Shown: positions 9,279 to 16,805 of the stretch, piece after piece
How positions within the stretch are numbered: position 1 is the first letter of the stretch
Layout: the number at the start of each line of letters is the position of its first letter
Assembly (NCBI GenBank): GCA_035390665.1
Contig: DAOOUC010000002.1
Span: forward strand, 92,143-124,142
Reading direction: 5' to 3'
Length of the DNA: 32,000 bases
DNA from: an archaeon
GTDB taxonomy: Archaea > Iainarchaeota > Iainarchaeia > Iainarchaeales > CSSED10-239
Program-made: the position numbers and the translations under genes
The notes under the pieces: generated by a model
Database searches by the model: none
Told to the model about the DNA's origin: nothing
What the model saw: the letters and a program-made list of their open reading frames with translations, nothing else

Positions 9279-9841
9279 ATTTTGTGTTCCTTTAATTTTC
9301 TTTTAATTTCTTTATAAACATTTTCAATTGATTGATTTCCATCAATTTCTATAAGTTTGCCTTTTTCTTTATATCTTTGAATTACTTTTTTTGTTATCTT
9401 GTCGTAATCTTCTAGTCTTTTCTTAATTGCTTTTTCTGTATCGTCATTTCTTTTTCTTAATAATAGTCTTTTTACACTTTCTTTTTTTGAAATATTAAGA
9501 TGGATTACTCCAACTAATTCGTAATCATTAGAATGTAAAAAATAATCAAAAACTGCTGCTTGATCATATTCTCTTGGAAAGCCATCCATTAATATTTTAT
9601 TTGATTTTTCTTTTTTTATTTTATTAAAAATTAAATCACTTGCAATTTCTAAAGAAACCATATTTCCTTTACTTATGATTTCATTAATCTTTTTTCCTAA
9701 AATTGTTTTCTTATTTACTTCTTCTCTTAAGATTTCGCCCATAGAAAAAGGTTTGTAACCAAAATCCCTTTCTATAAGTTTATTTTGGGTTCCTTTTCCG
9801 CTACCTGCTGGACCAACCATTATGATTATTTTTTTAGTCAT
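9275..9841 (-). CDS. adk: Adenylate kinase (short-LID, bacterial/eukaryotic-type)
   Basis: P-loop IMVGPAGSGKGTQ, the NMP-binding region, the MDGFPREYDQA motif, and a short LID (LLLRKRNDDTEKAIKKRL) with no zinc cysteines. Confidence 0.9.
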   Translation of the reverse strand: MTKKIIIMVGPAGSGKGTQNKLIERDFGYKPFSMGEILREEVNKKTILGKKINEIISKGNMVSLEIASDLIFNKIKKEKSNKILMDGFPREYDQAAVFDYFLHSNDYELVGVIHLNISKKESVKRLLLRKRNDDTEKAIKKRLEDYDKITKKVIQRYKEKGKLIEIDGNQSIENVYKEIKRKLKEHKI

Positions 9842-9949
9842 AACTATTTCTATTTAAAACTTATATTTTTAAACTGCTCTTCTAATAAATATATTATATA
9901 ATATATAGAAAAACTTAGTATTTAAAAATGTTTCTTATTTTAGAAAAAA

Positions 9950-10024
9950 AGGCCGGTAGCATAGTTTGGATAGTGCACAAGCCTCCTAAGCTTGGGATCG
10001 CGGGTTCGAATCCCGCCCGACCTG
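9950..10024 (+). tRNA. tRNA-Arg (anticodon CCT)
   Basis: Manual cloverleaf. Acceptor AGGCCGG/CCGACCT. U8 A9. D arm GCAT-AGTTTGGATA-GTGC. Anticodon arm CAAGC-CTCCTAA-GCTTG (C34 C35 T36). Variable loop GGATC. T arm GCGGG-TTCGAAT-CCCGC. Discriminator G. CCA is not encoded. There is one C4/A69 mismatch in the acceptor stem. An A/T-rich TATA-like box (ATTTAAAAA, 9921-9929) lies about 25 nt upstream. Confidence 0.85.
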
Positions 10025-10115
10025 TATAGAAATTTTAACTAAGTTGCAATAAGTAGATACCTTTAAATATATTTTAGTTTACTATTACTATAGAATAATA
10101 AATATAGGAAAGAAA

Positions 10116-11549
10116 ATGTATTACACAAGATGGTATTTCGATGAGATTTTTAGAATTATTGGTCAGATTATCTATTACAGTAGTTTTGTATTTTTAATTC
10201 CATTAATATTGTCTATTATTTTAAAAGAGCAAACCTTATTTATAGGAAATTATGCTTTATCTTTTCTAATTGTTTTTTTATTTGGATTAATTTTATATAA
10301 ATTTATTCCAAAAAATAATTTTGTAGAACTAAGTGGAATACATTATTTATTAATTGTTTGTGGATTATGGTTGATTTTTTGTACAGTGTCAACAATTCCA
10401 TATTATGTTTTTGGATATAGCTTTATTGATTCATTCTTTGATACGATGTCTCTTCTTACAACAACAGGGACAACAACATTACCTTACATTATAGATTTAA
10501 CAAGTTTTCATGTCTGGAGAGCTATACTTTCATGGATAGGTGGTATCGGAATAGTTTTAATTGCATTCTATGGATTATTGAATACCAATATCTTTTTTTC
10601 AAAAAAAATTGCAATGGCAGAAGGTCACGATCAAATGACAAATTCCTATAAAGGAACAATAAAAGCACTTTGGATAATATATATTGTTTTAACTATTATT
10701 GGAATTATTCTATTATTATTGGTTGGAATGGATTTATTAAATTCAGTAACTTATACAATGTCAGCAATTTCTACAACAGGACACGATATGCCAAATGCAA
10801 ATTATATATATAATGGTAATATTCAATTAGTAATTGCATTTATTATTTTATTGGGAGCAACATCATTTGTAACTCATTATAAGGTTTATAAAGAAAAAAA
10901 CCCGTTAGTATATTTTAAAGATCCGCAGTTTATTTTTATTTCAGTTATAATATTTATATTTTTCTTAATATTTTATGCATATTTACACACAACACAAACT
11001 TGGCAAAGCATACTTGGTTTAATAGTAGGATCCATGGGTGGTGGTTTTATAGTATTTTCTCCAGAAATGATTTTAGGATTAGCACCATTGCTTTTTTTAT
11101 TGTTATTATTTGTTATGTTTGTGGGTGGTGCAAAAGGGTCTACTGCTGGTGGTATTACACAAGAAAGATTTCTATTATTAATTAAATCAATTTTTTGGCA
11201 AATTAAAGAGATAAGATTACCGGATCTTTCAACTATTTCAAAAAAATACGACGATAGAATTATAGATGATGATGAAATAAAATTATTATATTTTTTTGTG
11301 GCAAGCTATTTATTTTTTATAGTTTTTGGAGTATTAGTATTAACGGCTTATGGTTATCCATTAAATACAAGTATTTTTGAAGTTATTTCAACTCAAGGAA
11401 ATATTGGTATTCCAATAGGAATTGCTGAATATAGTATGCCATTAATACCAAAAATTGTATTAATATTAAACATGTGGGTTGGAAGATTAGAAATAATTCC
11501 AATATTTGGATTAATTGGAATGTTATTCCAAAGAACGAGGGTGATATGA
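10116..11549 (+). CDS. trkH: TrkH/KtrB-family K+ transporter membrane subunit
   Basis: Polytopic membrane protein with four pore-loop-like motifs (LLTTTGTTT, AISTTGHD, GSTAGGIT, STQGNIG), characteristic of the TrkH/KtrB/HKT superfamily. Confidence 0.85.
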   Translation: MYYTRWYFDEIFRIIGQIIYYSSFVFLIPLILSIILKEQTLFIGNYALSFLIVFLFGLILYKFIPKNNFVELSGIHYLLIVCGLWLIFCTVSTIPYYVFGYSFIDSFFDTMSLLTTTGTTTLPYIIDLTSFHVWRAILSWIGGIGIVLIAFYGLLNTNIFFSKKIAMAEGHDQMTNSYKGTIKALWIIYIVLTIIGIILLLLVGMDLLNSVTYTMSAISTTGHDMPNANYIYNGNIQLVIAFIILLGATSFVTHYKVYKEKNPLVYFKDPQFIFISVIIFIFFLIFYAYLHTTQTWQSILGLIVGSMGGGFIVFSPEMILGLAPLLFLLLLFVMFVGGAKGSTAGGITQERFLLLIKSIFWQIKEIRLPDLSTISKKYDDRIIDDDEIKLLYFFVASYLFFIVFGVLVLTAYGYPLNTSIFEVISTQGNIGIPIGIAEYSMPLIPKIVLILNMWVGRLEIIPIFGLIGMLFQRTRVI

Positions 11550-11550
11550 A

Positions 11551-12207
11551 ATGTATGTAATTATTGTAGGAAGAAGTGCGGTTTCAAGACACGTAATAAG
11601 TCTATTAGAAGCAGAGGATCACGAAGTAGTGGTTATTGAAAAAGACCCAGCATTATCAAAGGCAATTGCTTATGATTATGATGTAATTACCGTTAATGGG
11701 GATGCAACAAATCCAAATACTTTAAAAAAAGCAGGAATTGATCATGCAGATGTTTTTTTAGCATTAACAGACGATGATGAAACAAATTTAATAATGGCTC
11801 TAATTGCTAAACAAGCAGGAGTAAAAATGGCTGCAGTAATCTTAAGAAAGATAAGTTATCAAAAAGAAGTTTTTGATAAACTTGGAATTGATTATGTTAT
11901 TCAGCCAGATTATGCAGCTGCAGGGTATATCACTCAATTAATAACCGATAAAGATATTCTAGATTTATCTTTCTTTTCTATGGGGGATGCAGGAATTGTT
12001 GAAAATGTAATAAAAAAAGAAAGTAAACACCTAGGATTACATATCTCTAAATTTAAAACTCTTTTACCTGAGGATACAAACATTATTGGATACTTCAAAG
12101 ATGGAAACTTTAATGTCTATAAGGACACAGACATTTTAGAAGAAGGTCAAAAGATTTTAATTGTTGCAAAAAAAGAGCAAATGAAAGAAGTAAAGAAATT
12201 GATTTAA
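11551..12207 (+). CDS. trkA: TrkA/KtrA-type RCK regulatory subunit (N and C lobes)
   Basis: Starts 1 nt after trkH. Rossmann-like N-terminus MYVIIVGRSAVSRHV..HEVVVIEKD, DVFLALTDDDETNL, and a C-terminal TrkA-C-like segment (ILIVAKKEQ). The glycine motif is degenerate (GRSAVS in place of GxGxxG). Confidence 0.8.
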   Translation: MYVIIVGRSAVSRHVISLLEAEDHEVVVIEKDPALSKAIAYDYDVITVNGDATNPNTLKKAGIDHADVFLALTDDDETNLIMALIAKQAGVKMAAVILRKISYQKEVFDKLGIDYVIQPDYAAAGYITQLITDKDILDLSFFSMGDAGIVENVIKKESKHLGLHISKFKTLLPEDTNIIGYFKDGNFNVYKDTDILEEGQKILIVAKKEQMKEVKKLI

Positions 12208-12974
12208 TTTTCAATTTCTTCTAATTCTTGTGCACCATTATCAGATGGTATTTCTTCAAAATGTATACAGATTGTGTGTCTATATTTTCTTCTGCCATCT
12301 TTGTCTGCAGTAATAAGAGATCTTGTTTTTTGCCAAGTTTTAGCGTGTTTGTTTAAAATTATTGTTTTTCTAACTTTCTCAGTATGATCAATGTCATTTA
12401 AATAAATGTCAATACCTGTTTTTTGATCCACTTTTTTAGAAATAAAAAATGGTTTTGTTTTATTTGCAGCCGCATTGTTTATAGAATTAACTTGTGTTTC
12501 TATTTGTTTAACAAGTGCCGGTTGTAGTTCTTTTAAAAGTTCTTTAGTATCAAATCTTAATTGTAAAATAGTAGTATAGTAATGACTTGCAAATTTTAAA
12601 CATTCAGCACAAGGTTCAACTCTAAAAGACACATCTTTTTCCATTGTTATTTCTTTTATTGCATTTCCAAATAAGGCTTTAACAACAACTTTAACATAAT
12701 ATTCATGTCTTTCAAAGTCAGTAATAAAAGTAACCATTGGTTTTGCTTGCTCAAGTTCTTTTATCCTTATGTGTTTAGACAGTTCATGTTCAAGTTCTGG
12801 TTTTTTCATAAGTCTCTTAGCATATCTATAACTATCACATTTAGAACAATAAGTAATTTCAAATTTAGGTGCTGTGATTACAGGATTTTCAGAAACATAG
12901 CATTCAATACAGAAATTATTTATCATTTTTTCTTCTGGAACAGTCTTTCCACATTTTGGACAAAATCTTTGCAT
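12204..12974 (-). CDS. NMD3-family protein (archaeal homolog of the 60S export adaptor)
   Basis: N-terminal zinc motifs FCPKCG..FCIECY and YCSKCDSYRY, followed by PCAECLKFASHYYTTILQLR. This matches the NMD3 pattern (Cys clusters followed by the xxIxQLR segment). Confidence 0.78.
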   Translation of the reverse strand: MQRFCPKCGKTVPEEKMINNFCIECYVSENPVITAPKFEITYCSKCDSYRYAKRLMKKPELEHELSKHIRIKELEQAKPMVTFITDFERHEYYVKVVVKALFGNAIKEITMEKDVSFRVEPCAECLKFASHYYTTILQLRFDTKELLKELQPALVKQIETQVNSINNAAANKTKPFFISKKVDQKTGIDIYLNDIDHTEKVRKTIILNKHAKTWQKTRSLITADKDGRRKYRHTICIHFEEIPSDNGAQELEEIEN

Positions 12975-12984
12975 AATTCTTTAC

Positions 12985-14286
12985 CTACTCTAAATCAATT
13001 GTTTCTCCAAGTGCAGGATTTTCAGCAACAATTCCAAGTTTTTTAAGTTCGTCTTTAAAATGGAAGGTTGTGTCTTTATCTCCATGTACACAAATTACTT
13101 TTTTTGGATTTACTTTTTTTACTAATTCCAATAGTTCATCTTTTCCTGCATGTCCTGAAAAACTATGCTTGGTTATTTTTGCTCTTGGAGAATAAACTTT
13201 TCCATCAATATAGATTTTATTTTTTTCTAATAATCTTCTTCCATTTGTTCCTTCTACTTGATAACCAGTAAGAATAATTCTATTTCTTGGATCATCTCCA
13301 AGTTCTCTTATATAGTAAAGAACAGGCCCGCCTTCAAGCATTCCTGCAGTAGTAATTATTATACATGGTTCTTGTTTACTAATAATCTTGTCTCTTTTCT
13401 TTTGATTTTTAATATATTCTACTCTTTCTACTGCTTTCTTAAATCTTAAGAAATCATTAAAGTGTGCTGGATATTGAGAAAAAATAGTTGTTGCTGTTTT
13501 TGCCATTCCATCAAGGTATATTGGAACTTGAATATTGTATCTATCAAGAATACTAATTAATTCTTGAGATCTTTCAATAGCAAAAGCAGGTAAAATTACA
13601 ATTCCTCTGTTATCAATTGTTTCTTTAATTTCTTCAATTAATACTTTTTCTTGTTCTTTTCTATTTTTGTGAACCTCATCTCCATAAGTTGTTTCTGTTA
13701 TCAAGTAATCAACTTGTGGTAATTTTTTATCATAACCTTTAAACATTTGGCTTTCTGAACCTCTAAAGTCTCCGGTATAAAGTATTTTTTTTTTATCCAT
13801 CTCTACAAGAGGCATAACGCTTCCAACAATATGTCCTGCATCAAAAAATGTTATTGTTGTGTTGTCTGTAATCTGTATTGGTTTTTTATAATCAATATAG
13901 AATGCAGAATTATTTGTATCATCCACATGTTGTTGTTTAAATCCACAATCTTCTCCAGTCAATTTTGCAATCTTTAATGTGTCTTTCCATAATAGATTAG
14001 ACAATTGTAAGGTTGCTTCTGTTAAAAAAAGTGGAGCATTTGCACTTTTATATAGTGATGGCACAGCACCTGAGTGGTCCAAATGTGCGTGACTTAATAT
14101 CACTCCATTAAGTGGATCTTTAACAGGTCTTGGATGCTCTGTTTTAGATGGCATTTCCAAATCTGTAGCCGTTTTTGTTGTAGGATTAAGTTTCAAACCA
14201 TAATCCAATAGTATGTTGTCTTTGCCTTTAAGAAGAATAGCACTTCTACCTACTTCTTGTCCGGCGCCTAAACATTGTACTTTCAT
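12985..14286 (-). CDS. Beta-CASP family metallo-beta-lactamase RNase (aCPSF2-like, no KH domains)
   Basis: MBL motif LSHAHLDHSGAVP, DAGHIVGS, and the beta-CASP region (TETTYGD ... LDGMA). C-terminal FSGHAG and CVHGD motifs are also present. Confidence 0.85.
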   Translation of the reverse strand: MKVQCLGAGQEVGRSAILLKGKDNILLDYGLKLNPTTKTATDLEMPSKTEHPRPVKDPLNGVILSHAHLDHSGAVPSLYKSANAPLFLTEATLQLSNLLWKDTLKIAKLTGEDCGFKQQHVDDTNNSAFYIDYKKPIQITDNTTITFFDAGHIVGSVMPLVEMDKKKILYTGDFRGSESQMFKGYDKKLPQVDYLITETTYGDEVHKNRKEQEKVLIEEIKETIDNRGIVILPAFAIERSQELISILDRYNIQVPIYLDGMAKTATTIFSQYPAHFNDFLRFKKAVERVEYIKNQKKRDKIISKQEPCIIITTAGMLEGGPVLYYIRELGDDPRNRIILTGYQVEGTNGRRLLEKNKIYIDGKVYSPRAKITKHSFSGHAGKDELLELVKKVNPKKVICVHGDKDTTFHFKDELKKLGIVAENPALGETIDLE

Positions 14287-14443
14287 GTTATATCGTCTCC
14301 TTATGTTTAATAAAAATAATAATTAAATAGATTACCTATGTAATTTTAAATGTAATATATAGTCTAATTAGAATTTAGATATATTTAAATAATATATAAT
14401 TTATAGTATATATAGGTTTTTAAATATATTTTTGGTGGAAAAA

Positions 14444-15058
14444 ATGGTTTGGTTAAATTTTCTTGAGTCTATTGATTTTTTAAAAAAAAATAATATTAAA
14501 GTTTTGGATTATAAGATTATTGATTCAAAAGAAAAACTAGAATATTATAAAGATTTTCCATATGTCTTAAAACTAAGTTCCAATCTTTTACATAAAACTG
14601 AAGAAAAAGCAGTAATCACAGATATTTATTCAAAGGAGTCTTTGTTTTCTGCATATAATCACCTTTCTTCAATTTTAGAAAAACATAAAATCAAAGGGAA
14701 AATAATTCTTCAAAAACAAGTAAAAGGTTTAGAATTAATTATTGGAATTAACAAAGATGAACAGTTTGGAAAAGTCATTTTATTTGGTCAAGGCGGAATA
14801 TACACTGAAGTTTTAGATGATACAAGTATAAGAATACTTCCAATAGAAAAGAAAGAAATACAAGAAATGATATTTTCAACAAGGGTAAGTAAATTATTTT
14901 TTGCAAGAGGAGTAATTTATGATACAAAAGAATTAATTGATTTGATTGAAAATATTTCTAAAATTTCAACTAAGGTTTTAGAATTAGATTTAAATCCTGT
15001 AATTCTAACAAAAGAAGGATTATACATTGTTGATGCAAGAGTTAAGCTAGAGGAATAG
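14444..15058 (+). CDS. ADP-forming acetyl-CoA synthetase beta-subunit-like ATP-grasp protein (orphan, no alpha subunit nearby)
   Basis: GLELIIGINKDEQFGKVILFGQGGIYTEVLDDTSIRILPIEKKEIQEMI and ELDLNPVIL...VDARVKL match the ACD beta-subunit pattern (compare P. furiosus [40 protein letters not shown]). The ORF-track start at 14432 is TTG. ATG 14444 is preceded by GGTGG (14434-14438) at SD-like spacing. Confidence 0.75.
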   Translation: MVWLNFLESIDFLKKNNIKVLDYKIIDSKEKLEYYKDFPYVLKLSSNLLHKTEEKAVITDIYSKESLFSAYNHLSSILEKHKIKGKIILQKQVKGLELIIGINKDEQFGKVILFGQGGIYTEVLDDTSIRILPIEKKEIQEMIFSTRVSKLFFARGVIYDTKELIDLIENISKISTKVLELDLNPVILTKEGLYIVDARVKLEE

Positions 15059-15063
15059 ACACT

Positions 15064-15999
15064 ATGTCATATAATTTAGATTTAAACACAAGTTTTCGTA
15101 AAAGAAAGCAATCTCCTAAGAGATACTGGCAATTTGTTTCTAAAAATAATCTTTTGGGAACAGCAATAACCGAAGATGCGAAATTAAATCCAAAAAAAGC
15201 ATATTTTGATTTGTATGCTGTTAAACCTAAAGGCAAAATATTAATTCCAGGAGTAACAATATCAACAGATTCTGGAGATGTTGTTGTCTATGCCCCATTT
15301 GAAGAAATTTATGATTATGGGGTAATCTATGAAGATAATGTATCCATAAAAAGAATATATGATCTTTGTGAAAGAAAGGGGTATCTAATGTCAATAGCTC
15401 ACCCATTTGGACTAATAAATAATTCTGCAAGTTATATGATGGGGTTATCAAAACTTGAAAAATTTATTAAAGAAAAAAATGTAGGGGTGGAAGCATATAA
15501 TGGAAGAATTGGATATCTTTCTTATTATATGTATGATTCTTATTTTTTAAAAACAATTAGGGATTTTTTATGGTATATTCAAGCACACAAAACATTCAAG
15601 TTACTTGGGTTATCTAAATTTGCAAATAAATTAAATCACAAAATAGATCAAAAAAGTTATGACATGGTATATAAATTTGCAGCAACAATAAAGTTATCTC
15701 AATCAGCTAATTTTATAACAGCCGGTTCTGGAACAGATTATGTTGATAGAATAGGGAGCGGTGTTGTTACCATAGATTTACCAAAATCTTTTTTTGAGGA
15801 AACAAATATTTCTCAAAACCAAATACTACTTAACAAGATTTCAAAAAAAGAAATAATCTCTTTTGGACCACCAGGAAAATATACTGATGAATTGTTTGAG
15901 AGATCAACAGCAAGAATAACCAAATTAAAAGCATATGATGATTTAGTATATCTTACAAAAACAGCTTTTAAGATTGAAAAAAAAGAAAAAAAGAAGTAA
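15064..15999 (+). CDS. PHP-domain-like protein with substituted metal ligands
   Basis: Order of PHP-like blocks: FDLYAV (in place of DLHxH), ILIPGVTIS (in place of GxE), SIAHPFG (AHP retained), VGVEAYNG (xEvxN retained), AGSGTDYVDRIG (in place of GSDAH...G). The assignment comes from remembered family patterns only. Confidence 0.5.
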   Translation: MSYNLDLNTSFRKRKQSPKRYWQFVSKNNLLGTAITEDAKLNPKKAYFDLYAVKPKGKILIPGVTISTDSGDVVVYAPFEEIYDYGVIYEDNVSIKRIYDLCERKGYLMSIAHPFGLINNSASYMMGLSKLEKFIKEKNVGVEAYNGRIGYLSYYMYDSYFLKTIRDFLWYIQAHKTFKLLGLSKFANKLNHKIDQKSYDMVYKFAATIKLSQSANFITAGSGTDYVDRIGSGVVTIDLPKSFFEETNISQNQILLNKISKKEIISFGPPGKYTDELFERSTARITKLKAYDDLVYLTKTAFKIEKKEKKK

Positions 16000-16000
16000 T

Positions 16001-16732
16001 ATGTTTTTTATTTATCCAATGGTGTTTTTAACAATAATTTGTTTATTTTATCTAGTCTATGAAGATTTAAGAACAAGAGAAATAAATACTATTCCTATTT
16101 ATATATTATCAGGTATTGGTTTAATTTATAATTTATATTTTGGATTTTTATATAATTTCTGGAAATTATATATTTTACAATTATTAATTGTTTTAATATT
16201 TTTAATAATAATTTATTTATTAGGCAAAATAACTATTTATGCATATATTGGAGAAGGAGATTTGTTAACAATAATGATGATTTCTTTTACTAGCGGATAT
16301 TCTGTTTTATTTTCTGAATTTGTATTTTTACTGGCTCTTTTCTTTATGTTATTTATTCCATTGATTTTCTTAGTATATAATTTATTAAAAAAGAACTATC
16401 CATCAAAAAAAATAAATAATAGATTTTCTTTAATGTTTTTAGGATTTCCGGTTTCTGTTTCAAAACTAAATAATTTCTTTACTCCGTTAGAGGAATATAA
16501 ATTGAAAGACGGAAAAATCGAAAATAGTATTTTAATTAAACCTAATTGTGATTCTGAAATCCAAATACAAAAGATAAAGGAAATAGCAATACAATATAAT
16601 ATAAAAAAAATATGGGCCTCTCCATTAATTCCATTTGTCTGGCCAATATTTATTGCTTATCTTTTATTATTATTTTTCTTAATTTTAAGCAAATTGAATT
16701 TCTTTGGATTTTTTGCAACTCTATTTATTTAG
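16001..16732 (+). CDS. Archaeal prepilin/preflagellin peptidase (A24 family, FlaK/PibD-like)
   Basis: First catalytic Asp context VYEDLRTREINTIP and second catalytic motif YIGEGDLL (GxGD). Multiple TM helices with a soluble insert before the last helices, as in FlaK. The ORF-track start at 15974 is TTG inside the upstream gene. ATG 16001 lies 1 nt after the upstream stop. Confidence 0.75.
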   Translation: MFFIYPMVFLTIICLFYLVYEDLRTREINTIPIYILSGIGLIYNLYFGFLYNFWKLYILQLLIVLIFLIIIYLLGKITIYAYIGEGDLLTIMMISFTSGYSVLFSEFVFLLALFFMLFIPLIFLVYNLLKKNYPSKKINNRFSLMFLGFPVSVSKLNNFFTPLEEYKLKDGKIENSILIKPNCDSEIQIQKIKEIAIQYNIKKIWASPLIPFVWPIFIAYLLLLFFLILSKLNFFGFFATLFI

Positions 16733-16805
16733 TTATTTCAGAACAAATATATATTTATAAACATAATGTACTTATTATTTGCTATAATATATTTAAGTAA
16801 TAAAT

